DNA of 64,000 bases from Malacoraja senta. Its lineage: Eukaryota. Both the position numbers and the translations under genes were made by a program. Within the stretch, counting starts at the first letter, position 1. Every line of letters starts with the position of its first letter. A model generated the notes under the pieces. That model was not told where the DNA came from. It ran no database searches and saw only the letters and a list, made by a program, of their open reading frames with translations. Where the stretch lies: positions 62,001 through 126,000 of the forward strand of contig JAXLNO010003952.1 in the NCBI GenBank assembly GCA_038087875.1, read 5' to 3'. Shown here piece after piece: positions 1-11,309 of this stretch.

Positions 1-544
1 AAAGAGAAGTGGCAAAATAACTAGGAACGAACTGCAGATGCAGGTTTAACCCGAAGATAGGCTCAAAAAGCTGGAGTGACTCAGCGGGTCAAACAGCATT
101 TCTGGAGTCTGAACAAGGGTCTCATCCCGAAATGTCACCTATGCCTTGTATCCAGAGATGCTGACTGACCCGGTGAGTTTCTCCAACTTTTTGTGTCTAT
201 CTCTGGCAAGGTATGTATATGATGTTTGAGAGGCTTTTAGATCGACAAACTGATCTGCAGGAAATAGAGGGATATGGATCATGTTGCAGTTGGATGGGAT
301 CAGTTTAGCATCTCATCATGTTCACCACAGACATTGTGGGCCAAAGGGCCTCTTCCTGAGATGAACATTTTTATGTTTTATATAAAATAAGATTAGTAAT
401 CAGCTGTAAGCCCCCTTGAACAGACTGCATCATTCAATAACATTATGTCCAATCTGATTTTGATCAGTTTACTGCATAATTCCTGCAATTTTTGATTCAT
501 TTCTGATCTAAAATTCTCTATATCTCAACCTAGAAAATATTCAT

Positions 545-595
545 TCACCTTGTCTTCACAGCTGGAATAGAAAGTTCAGGCAAATCATACACCTC
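545..595 (-). CDS. MHC class I-like putative last coding exon, cytoplasmic tail EVYDLPELSIPAVKTR*
   Basis: Pyrimidine-rich acceptor ttattttccag|GAG, phase 0 matches the exon 5 donor, TGA at 545-547. Confidence 0.6.
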   Translation of the reverse strand, partial: EVYDLPELSIPAVKTR

Positions 596-1574
596 CTGGA
601 AAATAAATCTTCTTCGTAACTATTTTAAAGAGGGACCCAACATGGGAGGACTGCCGAGAACAAAGATAACAAAGAGGGTCCCGGGGTTGGGGGGGGAGGG
701 GGCGCGGATAACACAGGTGAACCCAACATGGAGGGGCTGCCGAGAACAAAGAGGGACCATTGGGGACTGTAATGATTACTTTGTAACTGTGTCGACACCC
801 TATACATGGTGACTTGTGTATGTATACCTTGTGTATGTTATGCAAAGCAAAGAATTTCACTGTGACATGTCACATGTGATAATAAAGTATCAATCAATCA
901 AATAGGCGACCTTTTATTCCAAAATGTGGCGCAATGTATGACTTTGGAATCACAGGGTAACTGCAGTGAAGACAGCATTTGAAAAATTAATGGCTGAATG
1001 TAAAGTCATCAGTCAGCATTGATACAATAAAGAGCATAGAACAGTACAGCACAAGAACAGGCCCTTTGACCCACAATGTTTGTGCCGAACATGATGCCAA
1101 GACCAATTGTTATCTGCTTGCACATAATCCATATCCATCCATTCCCTGCATATACATGTGCCTATCTAAAAGTCTCTTAAATGCCACTATCATATCTGCT
1201 TCCACCACCACCTCCAGCAGCACATTCCAGTCACTCACCACCCTTGGCGTAAAACACTTGTCCTGCACATCTTTTTTTAACTTTGCCACTCATTGTAAAG
1301 CAATACCTGCTCTTATTTGATATTTCCTTCCTGGGTAAAAAGTCTGATGGTCTACCCTATCTCTACTCCTCCCAGTTTGATATATTACTGTCAGGTCTCC
1401 CTCAATCCCCGACATTCCAGAGAAAACAATCCAACTGTCCAGTCTGTCCAACTTCTCCCTGTGGCTAATACCCCACTAATCCAGGCATCATTCCGGTAGA
1501 CCTCCTCTGCATCCCAAAGGAAGCTGATTGTGCTTCATGGTCCTCTCCTGGTCTCTGCTGTTGTCAGCTGGTAC

Positions 1575-1708
1575 CTGTTCATTGAAAGGTTTTCTCTTTT
1601 TCCTCTTCTTCCAGCAACCAATTCCAAGGATGATCCCCAGGAGAATGAGAGGAACAATTACAGCTCCAGTCACGATCCTAATCTTCATATCTTCTTTCAC
1701 TGCCCTCT
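1575..1708 (-). CDS. MHC class I-like exon 5, connecting peptide, transmembrane helix and basic stop-transfer
   Basis: ccaacag|AG AGG GCA...GAA CAG|GTACCA; ERAVKEDMKIRIVTGAVIVPLILLGIILGIGCWKKRKKRKPFNEQ; phase 1 start matches the end of alpha3. Confidence 0.85.
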
Positions 1709-2025
1709 CTGTTGGCATATACAGTGGCTTGCAAAAGTATTCATACCCCTTGAACTTTTCCACATTTTGTCACGTTACAACCACAAGCGTAAATGTATTT
1801 TATTGGGATTTTATGTGATAGACCAACATAAAGTGGCACATAATTGTGAAGTGGAAGGAAAATTATACATGGTTTTCAAATTTTTTTACAAATAAAAAAC
1901 TGAAAAGTGTCGCGTGCGAAAATATTCAGCCCCCTTTACTCTGATACCCCTAAATAAAATCCAGTGCAACCAATTGCCTTCAGAAGTCACCTTATTAGTA
2001 AATAGAGTCCACTTGTGTGTAATCT

Positions 2026-2381
2026 CGGGACGACAGATGGCGCAATGGGCTAAGTGTTCGGCTGGCAACCGGAAGGTAGCCGGTTCGAATCCCGCTTGGA
2101 GTGCATACTGTCGTTGTGTCCTTGGGCAAGACACTTCACCCACCTTTGCCTGCGTGTGAATGTGTGTGAATGTGTGTGAGTGACTGGTGGTGGTCGGAGG
2201 GGCCGTAGGCACAGATTAGCAGCCATGCTTCCGTCAGTCTGCCCCAGGGCAGCTGTGGCTACAGAAGTAGCTCACCACCACCGAGTGTGACTGAGGAGTG
2301 AATGAATAATGCGATGTAAAGCGCCGAGTATTAGAAAGGCGCTATATAAATCCCATCCATTATTATTATTATTATTATTAT
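2026..2381 (+). mobile_element. tRNA-derived CORE-type SINE with L2-like 3' tail, nested in the Tc1
   Basis: A box TGGCGCAATGG, B box GGTTCGAATCCC, CORE-like TGTGTCCTTGGGCAAGACACTT, tail TGTAAAGCG...AGAAAGGCGCTATATAAAT(TTA)n, 6-7 bp TSD TAATCT(C). Confidence 0.88.
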
Positions 2382-2462
2382 TAATCTAATCTCAGTATAA
2401 ATACAGCTGTTCTGTGAAGGCCTCAGAGGTTTGTTAGAGAACATTAGTGAACAAACAACATC

Positions 2463-3484
2463 ATGAAGCCAAAGGAACACACCAGACAGGTCAGGGATAA
2501 AGTTGTGGAGAAGTTTAAAACAGGGTTAGGTTATAAATAAATATCCCAAGCTTTGAACATCTCACGGAGCACTGTTCAATCCATCATCCGAAAATGGAAA
2601 GAGTATGGCACAACTGCAAACCTACCAAGACATGGCCGTCCACCTAAACTGACAGGCCGGGCAAGGAGAGCATTGATCAGAGAAGCAGCCAAGAGGCCCA
2701 TGGTAACTCTGGAGGAGCTGCAGAGATCCACAGCTCAGGTGGGAGAATCTGTCCACAGGAAAACTATTAGTCGTGCACTCCACAAATCGGGCCTTTATGG
2801 AAGAGTGGCAAGAAGAAAGCCATTGTTGAAAAAAGCCCATAAGAAGTCCCGTTTGCAGTTTGCCACAAGCCATGTGGGGGACACAGCAAACATGTGGAGG
2901 AAGGTGCTCTGGTCAGATGAGACCAAAATTGAAGTTTTTGGCCTAAATGCAAAACGCTATGTGTGGCGGAAACCTAACACTGCACATCACCCTGAACACA
3001 CCATCCCCACTGTGAAACATGGTGGTGGCAGCATTATGCTGTGGGGATGCTTTTCTTCAGCAGGGACAGGGAAGCTGGTCAGAGTTGATGGGGGAAGATG
3101 GATGGAGCCAAATACAGGGCAATCTTGGAAGAAAACCTGTTAGAGTCTGCAAAAGACTTGAGACCGGGGCGGAAGTTCACCTTCCAGCAGGACAACGACC
3201 CTAAACATACAGCCAGAGCTACAATGGAATGGTTTAGATCAAAGCGTATTCATGTGTTAGAATGGCCCAGTCAAAGTCCAGACCTAAATCCAATTGAGAA
3301 TCTCTGGCAAGACTTGAAAATTGCTGTTCACAGATGCTCTCCATCCAATCTGACTGAGCTTGAGCTATTTTGCAAAGAAGAATGGGCAAAAATTTCAGTC
3401 TCTAGATGTGCAAAGCTGGTAGAGATATACCCCAAAAGACTTGCAGCTGTAATTGCAGCGAAAGGTGGTTCTACAAAGTATTGA
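2463..3484 (+). pseudogene. Tc1 transposase (paired-like HTH + DD34E), disrupted
   Basis: MKPKEHTRQVRDKVV... with TAA at 2538-2540 and a frameshift near 3092-3098; motifs [29 protein letters not shown]; 34 residues between the second D and E. Confidence 0.95.
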
Positions 3485-4840
3485 CTCAGGGGGGCTGAAT
3501 ACTTTTGCACGCAACACTTTTCAGTTTTTTATTTGTAACAAAATTTGAAAACCATGTATCATTTTCCTTCCACTTCACAATTATGCACCACTTTGTGTTG
3601 GTCTATCACATAAAATCCCAATAAAATACATTTACGTTTGTGGTTGTAACGTGACAAAATGTGGAAAAGTTCAAGGGGTATGAAAACTTTTGCAAGCCAC
3701 TGTATAGTGCATTTTAAACATTTAGTGATCAATAACAACATTGTAATGATTTTATTATCTAAATTAAAGTAGCACTGTTCATATCTAATTAAAAAGTAAT
3801 AACGTTTTAGATTTAAGTATTTATACAGAGGATGGATGTGCTTAAAATGATCAATGAAAAATCATTAAGTTCATATTAGCATTGAGGTATTGAGATTTTA
3901 TCTGCAGCATTTAATTAAGAATTTAAAGAATCAAGTACGTCAGAAATAGATGACTATTTACAGTGTAGAGGTCAACAAGGCCATTTTCTTATGTTGATTG
4001 TTATTATAGCAAATAAAAGTGAACCCATTTATAGTTGATAAAACTTCAAAGGTTTTAATCTTTGCTGATATTTCAATGATATCTGAGTTTAATTTTCTCA
4101 CATACACATGCTCTCTCTTTCTCTCTCTCTCCCCCTCACTGTCTCACACACATGAGCCCACACACACATAGGCACACACAGACATTAACACTACTGTCTA
4201 TTTGTACTGACCAGCAATCTTAACCATGTCAGCTTGGCCCTGGTGTGAAGATCTTTGCAGAGGTCTTGTCTGGAACAAATAAGTCAGCTACAGAACAGGT
4301 GCTGCTACTTCAGCCTGATAATATGGCACCACTATTGGTCTTTTGTGTAACTAGCTACTATCAGAAAATTAGCTAGATGCCCAAGGAAGAAGATAAGAGA
4401 CCTTGTCCAGGATCAGCCTATCTTGCTTCCACTGTTCCTACATTTGGATGGGTGAGTTAAGGGTGACATAAGAATAATTTTGACCATAAGATATTGGAGC
4501 GGAATTATGCCTTTCAAGTCCATTGAGTCTACTCCACCATTCAGTCATAGCAGATCTATTTTTTACCGCTAAATCCCATTCTCTAGCCTTCTCCCTGTAA
4601 CCTTTGTCACCCGTACTCATCAAGAACCTATCAATCTCTGCTTGAAAAATATGCAATGACTTGACCCACACAGCTGTTTGTATCAATGAATTCCACAGAT
4701 TCACCACCCTGTGACTAAAGAGATTCCTCCTCATCTCCATATTGAAGGTAGGTATTTTTATTGTGAGGCTGTGCTAGACTTTCCCATTACTGAAAACTTC
4801 CTTTCCCATCAACTAACCAGGCATTTCATTATCTGGTAGG

Positions 4841-6635
4841 CAGGGCCGGATTTACATATAAGATGGACAAGCTTCAGTTTAGGGCCTGGAGATCTAGGAG
4901 GGGCTCGCAGAGCCGGATTTACCACTAGGCTTCATAGGCTGAAGCCTGGGGCCCTGAAATATAGGGGGCCTCCGGCCAAGGCAGGACACCAGCCGTTCAA
5001 CTCTGGGCGGGGCGGCCCCCCTCTCTATCTCTATCTCCGTCTGTCACTCTCCGTGTCCGGGTCTCCGTTCTCCGCTCGCTCCTCATCCGCCAGCACGGCC
5101 GGCCGCCTTGCACATGCACACTGCTACGGCCAGCACATCCTCCCCTGCACATGCGCACAACCACAGCCCGCACGTCATCGGCCGCCCTGCGCATGCGCAC
5201 TGCCACGGCAACTGGTCGGCGCTGGACACTTTCTCCCTCGCTTTGAATTGTGGGAGATTTGGCCGCCATTGCTGCCTCGCCGCAACCGCTGAAAACTAAC
5301 ACAGAATCACTCCCTGACCCTGGATCAGGAGTATCTCCCTGGAGTAACTCTCGCTTCTGGTTTCCTGATCCTCCATAAATATTCTAAAAGGAATTTAAAC
5401 TGGAGGTGGTAGAGGGCTGAACAATAACAGCCTATTGCATTTTATCTGTTTATTTATTGTGTATATATATGGTCTATGGTATATAAACACACTGAACTTT
5501 TATCTCCTGTTCTGTATTATGTTCACATATTATGTTGTGCTGCAGCAAGCAAGAATTTCATTGTCCTATCTGGGACACATGACAATAAAACTCTCTTGAC
5601 TCTTGACTTGGACTTAAGCAAAAAAGGGTTCTTGGGGAAAAAAGAGGTACCTTAAATTTAGTTGCGTCTGGTTGGGTAACTATGGTAGGGTGAAGACTAT
5701 TCCATGCTTTAATTGTGCGGGGGAACTCCATGGAGCAGCCAGCAACTCAGGATAGAAGAAATTGGGTGACGTTTCGGGTAGAAACACTTCTTTAGACTCC
5801 CTCTGGTTTTAGTGTCTTTAGCTTAATTTGAAGATACAGCGTGGAAACAGGCCCTTCAGCCCTCCGAGTCCACGCCGACTATTGATCACCCGTACACTAG
5901 TTCTTTCCCACACATTAGCGAAGTAAGTCAAGAGTCAAGAGTTTATTCTCTCACGTCCCAGTTAGAACAATGAAATCCTTACTTGCAGCAGCACAACAGA
6001 ATATGTAAACATAGTACTCTGTAAACAATGTTATAAACGAGAAAACAAAACGGTGTATATTTATAGCTGTGGTGGAGACAATCGCTGCTGCTACCCGACC
6101 CCCGGAGATTCGGAGGCTACAACCGCGGGTCTGGCGGACGGCAACACCGGAAGCCCGTGGGTCCCCTGGTGGGACACCGCTTTTCGGGGCATCCGCAGCG
6201 GCGACTTCTCCCGCCCGAGTTGCGGGGTTGAAGAGCACCTGGAGGGGGGCTTTACATCACCGCCCCGCGCGGCTTGGAATGGCCGCCGGACTTTGCGAGC
6301 GCGCGCCGGGGCTCTAACACCAAGACGCGGTGCGCGACCCTGCATTAACCGGCGTGGCTTTAATGGCCGCGGGATAATCACCATCGCCCGCCGGGGGCTT
6401 TGACTTTGACTCTGACATCGGGGGGGTGGGGGGGGGGGGGAGTGCAGTGGAGAGATACGTTTTTTTGCCTTCCATCACAGCGCTGTGATGGATGTATGTG
6501 TAAATTGTGTTGTGTCTCGGGTCTTCTTCGTTTTGTAATGTATGGCTGCAGAAACGACATTTCGTTTGGACCTCAACGGGGTCCAAATGACAAATTTGTC
6601 CAAAAGACAAATAAAATTGTATTGTAATTGTATTG

Positions 6636-6667
<32 letters not shown>

Positions 6668-8362
6668 CATAGTATATATACCCACACGCACACACACACA
6701 ATTTCCCTCCTGGGATTAATAAAGTTCTATCGTATAGTATCGTGTGTGTAGGAAGGAACTGCAGATGCTGGTTTAAACTGAAGATAGACACACAAAGCTG
6801 GAGTAACTCAACAGGTCAGACAGAATCTCTGGACAAAAGGGAAATATTACGTTTAGGGTTGGTTCTGAAATAGGTTCCTGCACACCTTTGGAATGTGGAA
6901 GGAAACAAGAGCACCCGAAGAAAACCCATGCGATCAAAGTGAAAAGGAGCAAACTCCAAACAGACAACACCCATATTCAGGATCAATTCCAGGTCTCTGG
7001 CACTTTTAGGCAGCAACCTTATGGCCAATGTACAGCCCCATTGTCTTGAACTTAATTAAAACGCCAAGTGTAGCATTTCCTGCAGTTGCAATGGAAAGTG
7101 CCAGGAGAGGGGGTGGTTTGGGTGGGAAGGGACGAATTGACCAGGGAGTTACGGAGGGAGCGGTCTCTATGGAAAGCCAACAGGGGAGGAGATGGGAAGA
7201 TGTGGCCAGTTGTGGGATCCCATTGGTAGACAAAAAAGCTGTAGAAAATCAGCGGGTGAGGCAGCACCTGTGGAGCGAAGGAATAGACGATGTTTCGGGT
7301 CGAGACCCTTCTTCAGATTGATGTCGGGGGGGGGGGGGAATGACATGAAACATAAAGGAAGAGACGGAGACTAGGCTGTGGGAGAGCTGGGAATGGGAGG
7401 GGAAGGAGGGAGAAAGCAAGGACTACCTGAAATTAGAGAAGCCTATGTGCATAGCGCTGGGGTGTAAACTACCCAAGCAAATATGAGGTGCTGCCCCTCC
7501 AATATGCGGTGGGCCTCACTCTGGCCATGGAGGAGGCCCAGGACAGAAAGGTCAGATTCGGAATGGGAGGGGGAGTTGAAGTGCTGAGCCACCGGGAGAT
7601 CAGGTTGGTTATTGCGAACTGAGTGGAGGTGTTGTGCGAAGCAATCGCCAAGCCTGCACTTGGTCTCACCGAGGTTGATCATACGCTGAATAATCCAACC
7701 ACATTTTTTTTTGGAAGTGGAAAGAAATAATAGAAATTGCATTCATTGCAACGTGTAAAAAGAGTTAAGATACAGTATTATAATTGTGCTGCATGTCATT
7801 GTGGTATATATCATGTCCTGATTGGTGAATATGTTTAGTTTGTGGCTTTATTTGAAGCAGAAATAATATGTGAATGCTTCATTGAGCATAATTCTGACTG
7901 GTCGTCCGAGCACATTATCGCACGTGTCATGCAAGCCATCTTAAATAACCACCTAAACTGTCATTTGGCAACTTAAAAAGCTACCAAGGTTGCCCGGCTG
8001 ACAACAGAGAAAAAAAATTAAGTGAGAGCCCTGCAAGGTGTATAATATTTTTGACACTGTCATAGGCCTTTCTTACATATGCTGTCACAACGCACTGTAG
8101 TCTCTAAACAACACTTCAGTAATTTTCCTTGCCCTCCATTTCAGAATAATAGTGTTTTAAGCCAATAACTCGACACTAGCAGTGGCAATAAATAAATAAA
8201 TAAAGCCCAGCTTTCCAGCCCCTTATCTCATTGGCCACGCTCGGCTGCAAATCGGTGTCAATCTGGTGGACCATCTTCCTCTGGTCGTGGGGGTGGGGGA
8301 TTGGGGGGGGGGCCTCACAAGTGGAACAGCTTAGGGCCTCTCTTCATCTAAATCCGGCCCTG
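4841..8362. mobile_element. Non-autonomous hAT element (3.5 kb) containing nested SINE, Penelope and LINE-tail pieces
   Basis: 14-bp TIR CAGGGCCGGATTTA / TAAATCCGGCCCTG; 8-bp TSD CTGGTAGG at 4833-4840 and 8363-8370; removing it restores a CR1 reading (...LIETYQIM...). Confidence 0.9.
7240..7680 (-). mobile_element. Penelope-like element fragment (GIY-YIG endonuclease C-terminus plus terminal repeat)
   Basis: GETKCRLGDCFAQHLHSVRNNQPDLPVAQHFNSPSHSESDLSVLGLLH matches the PLE endonuclease. Confidence 0.85.
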
Positions 8363-8825
8363 CTGGTAGGTTTCAATGAGATTCCCACCTCATCCTTCTA
8401 AATCCCATGAGCACAGGCACAGAGACTTCAAACACTCCTCATACGTTAAATCAATCATCCCCAGGACATACATCCTCTCGACCCTCTCCAAAGCCAGCAC
8501 ATCCTTTCTAATATGGAGCCCAAAACTGCTCACAATATTCCAAATGTGTCTTCACCAGTGCCCGATAAATCCTCAGCATTATATTATTGTTTTTATATTC
8601 TACGCCCCCCGAAATGAATGCTGGCATTGCATTTGCCTTACTTACCACTGACTCAATCTGCAAATGAACTATTTGGGAATCCTGCACTAGTACTCCCACT
8701 TTGTAGCTCAGGTTTCTCAATTCTCTCCCCATTTAGAAAATAGTCTATGTCTTTATTCCGACTGCCAAAATGTAAAACCAGACACTTGCTACACTGTATT
8801 CCATTTGGCTCTGCTTTGCCCACTC

Positions 8826-9110
8826 GGTGGAACTGCTGCCTTATAGCGCCAGAGACCCGGTTCAATTCTGACTACGGGTCCCGTCTGTACAGAGTTTTGT
8901 ACCTTCTCCCCGGGACTTGCGTGGGTTTTGCCTGGATCTCCGGTTTCCTCACTCAGTCCAAAGACATACAGGTTTGTAGGTTAATTGGCTTGGTATAATT
9001 GTAAATTGTCCCCTAATAAGTAAGATAATGTAAGTGTGCAGGGATCGCTGGTTGACGCAGACTCGGTGGGCTGAAGGGCCGGTTTCTGCGCTGTATCTCT
9101 TAAACTAAAA
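8826..9110 (+). mobile_element. HE1/HER1-like elasmobranch V-SINE
   Basis: tRNA-like head (ccgggttcaattctgac), V-domain gcgtgggtttt...ggtttcct, CR1-type tail ggccgaagggcc...tgtatctctaaactaaa. Confidence 0.85.
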
Positions 9111-9167
9111 CCACATTCCATTGACTATCAATAATTATGAGCAATTAGATAACCACAAATTAATAAT

Positions 9168-9463
9168 GGGTGGCACAGTGGCGTAGCGGTAGAGCTGCTG
9201 CCTTACTGCACCAGAGACCTGGGTTTGATCCTGACTACAGGTGCTGTCTGCAAGGACATTGTATGTTCTCCCTGTGACTGCGTGGGTTTCCTCCCACACT
9301 ACAAAGACATACAGGTTTGTAGGTTACTTGGCTTAGGTAAAATTGTAAATTGTCCGTACTGTGTAGGTTAGTGTAAATGTATGGGTTGATCACTATTCAG
9401 CGAGGACTCAGTGAGCTGAGGGGCCTGTATCTGCAGCATATCTCTAAAGCCTAAAGTCTAAAT
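9168..9463 (+). mobile_element. HE1/HER1-like V-SINE, full length
   Basis: gggtggcacagtggcgtagcggtagagctgctgcc head, V-domain, CR1 tail; ends about 95 nt from the alpha3 donor. Confidence 0.88.
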
Positions 9464-9556
9464 CCACAGCTTAGTTAAGAGTGTGAGTTGAGACTGTTAT
9501 CTCAGTCCAGGAGGTTTATGGTCTCAAGTGATCAGCCTCATTGACTTGCCACTTAC

Positions 9557-9829
9557 CCTGTGGAACATTGACTCCCTGCAGCAGAGTTGCATGTTCGATG
9601 TAACAGGAGAATTTTGCCACATCTTCTCTATTCAGTTGAATTGTATTCTTCAGCTGGTAAGTCCCATCCCAATTGGGCAACAGATCACTGGATTCAGACT
9701 CATGGACCCCCTCACCATCTCTCAGCCACGTTACATCGATGGCCCGTGGCTAGAAGCCTGTGACAAGGCAGGAGAGTCTCAGTGATTGCGACCCATCACG
9801 TTTAATCCCAATAAACACCTCAGGGGTTT
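9557..9829 (-). pseudogene. MHC class I-like exon 4, alpha3 Ig C1 domain with in-frame TAG at 9750-9752
   Basis: 273 nt, ttgcag|AA...CAG G|GTAAGT; ETPEVFIGIKRDGSQSLRLSCLVTGF*PRAIDVTWLRDGEGVHESESSDLLPNWDGTYQLKNTIQLNREDVAKFSCYIEHATLLQGVNVPQ. Missed by the ORF track because of the stop. Confidence 0.93.
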
Positions 9830-10643
9830 CTGCAAGTGTAAGAAGAGTCAGAATCAGTGAAGACATGAACAAAAGCCTTCAATTGTAAGATCACTGCAAC
9901 TCACCACTTTCCCAATCAGAGTTTTTTCTCTGGCTGAACTAAGTTTTCAGCCTAGACCCAAAATGCTGGAATAACTCAGCAGGTCAGGCAGCATTCTGGA
10001 GAGAAGGAATGCCCAGAGATGCTATCTGACCCACTGAGTTACACCAACATCTTCTATCTTCAGTGTAAACCATCATCTGCAGTTCTATCTTGCACAAAGT
10101 TTACAGCCTTTTCTCTTTTCATTTTGCATTTCTGGCAAAACAACAAAACATTTAGCTTTAATATCACTGACATGCTCCTTATCTTAGCTCCAGACTTTAA
10201 CTGACAGCACAGATGAAAGGGGAATGCAGGCCCAATGGAGGAGTATAACTCACCATTGGGATTGATACTGTAGACATGATTGCTTCTACCTGTTCATGAA
10301 TCTCTGCTGAATAATAACACTAAATATTCCAAGAGGGAATGGGAGGAAGAAGTTCTTCAAATAGAGAACTGTTGGAAATTGAATGTCACCATCCCAAGGA
10401 GTAATAGAGGCAAATAGAGAATCTGATTGGGTTTCTGATCAGTTCAGCAACAGACCCTTCAGGCCACAAGGTCGGTGCTAAACATAAGACCAAGATACAT
10501 ATTCCTCCATTTCCTGAATATCTATATGACTGTGGATAAAGGACACTGGTACAATATTTATCTTTCACTTGCACTTCCTACCCACTGGTTCCATCTAAGA
10601 GGCACGTTGCCAGACAATTTACTGATACCCATGTTGTAGAACA

Positions 10644-10935
10644 GGGTGGCGAAGCGGTCGAGCTACTGCCTTACAGCGCCAGAGACCTGGGTTTGTTACT
10701 AACTACGGGTGCTTGTCTTTACAGAGTTTGTACGTTCTCCCTGTGACCTGCATGGGTTTTATCCGAGATCTTCGGTTTCCCCTCACACTCGAAAGACGTA
10801 CAAATTTGTAGGTTAATTGGATTGGTATAAATGCAAATTGTCCCTAGTGTGTGTAGGATAGTGTTAGTGTGCGGGCATGGCTGCTCGGTGCGGTCTCGGT
10901 GGGTTTCCGCGCTGTATCTCTAAACTAAACTAAAT
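10644..10935 (+). mobile_element. HE1/HER1-like V-SINE
   Basis: Same consensus as 9168-9463, (CTAAA)n tail. Confidence 0.88.
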
Positions 10936-11033
10936 AATTACTCAAGTGACAGCCTGAAGTGCATGATATTTCCCACCTGATCTATCCAGAGGATATCCTC
11001 TGGCCCATCAGTCAGAGTGCCTACGTCGTGTAC

Positions 11034-11309
11034 CTCTCCTCTGTAGTGCTTCTTGTCCACACTCCAGATATATCCGCAGCCACTTCACACAGTCCTTCTC
11101 CAGGAGATCTTTAAAATACTTGTTCATGAAGGTGTTGACGTTCCACCGATCTGCTAGCATCTGGAAATCTGGACGTAGTGCAATCCAGTGCATTCTGTCC
11201 TTGTCAAAAGCACAGGCATCCTCCCCATCATAACCCAGTCTGACAAACCCATCAGTGGAATTGTCACTGTCCACTTCACAGCCGCAGAAACCCTGCACAA
11301 AGCAAACAG
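11034..11309 (-). CDS. MHC class I-like exon 3, alpha2 domain
   Basis: 276 nt, ccccag|CT...AGA G|GTACAC; VCFVQGFCGCEVDSDNSTDGFVRLGYDGEDACAFDKDRMHWIAL...RW...LEKDCVKWLRIYLECGQEALQRR; canonical C101/C164, W133, W147, W167, Y171. Confidence 0.95.

Larger units (their letters stand above)
1722..3702 (+). mobile_element. Tc1 DNA transposon, IR/DR type, full length, inactivated
   Basis: TA TSDs at 1720-1721 and 3703-3704; about 210-bp TIRs (CAGTGGCTTGCAAAAG...) roughly 95% identical by manual count, with inner/outer direct repeats TGCAAAAGTATTCA. Confidence 0.97.
4410..8800 (-). mobile_element. CR1 LINE 3' fragment split by the hAT insertion (4410-4840 and 8363-8800)
   Basis: CR1 C-terminal motifs on minus (ALVKTHLEYCEQFWAPY; RVVNLWNSL; DRFL). 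Confidence 0.8.

Noticed and set aside
529-548. Further intron/exon after exon 6 (AG|GTGAAT...TTCTAG|)
   Set aside because: The implied intron would be about 19 nt, too short; the in-frame TGA is the simpler end.
1488-1574. Read-through cytoplasmic tail (VPADNSRDQ...GGLPE*) from ORF 1488-1763
   Set aside because: Its end runs into a CR1 relic, and a phase-compatible donor (1574) and downstream exon (545-595) exist. It is not excluded as a retained-intron isoform.
2026-2100. tRNA genes (here and at the HE1-like heads)
   Set aside because: A/B boxes continue into SINE bodies and tails; no complete cloverleaf or terminator.
11021-11033. Alternative alpha2 donor (C|GTAGGC) 9 nt downstream
   Set aside because: Also in phase, but the upstream site gives the typical class I alpha2 length; it cannot be decided without transcripts, so it is not reported as a feature.
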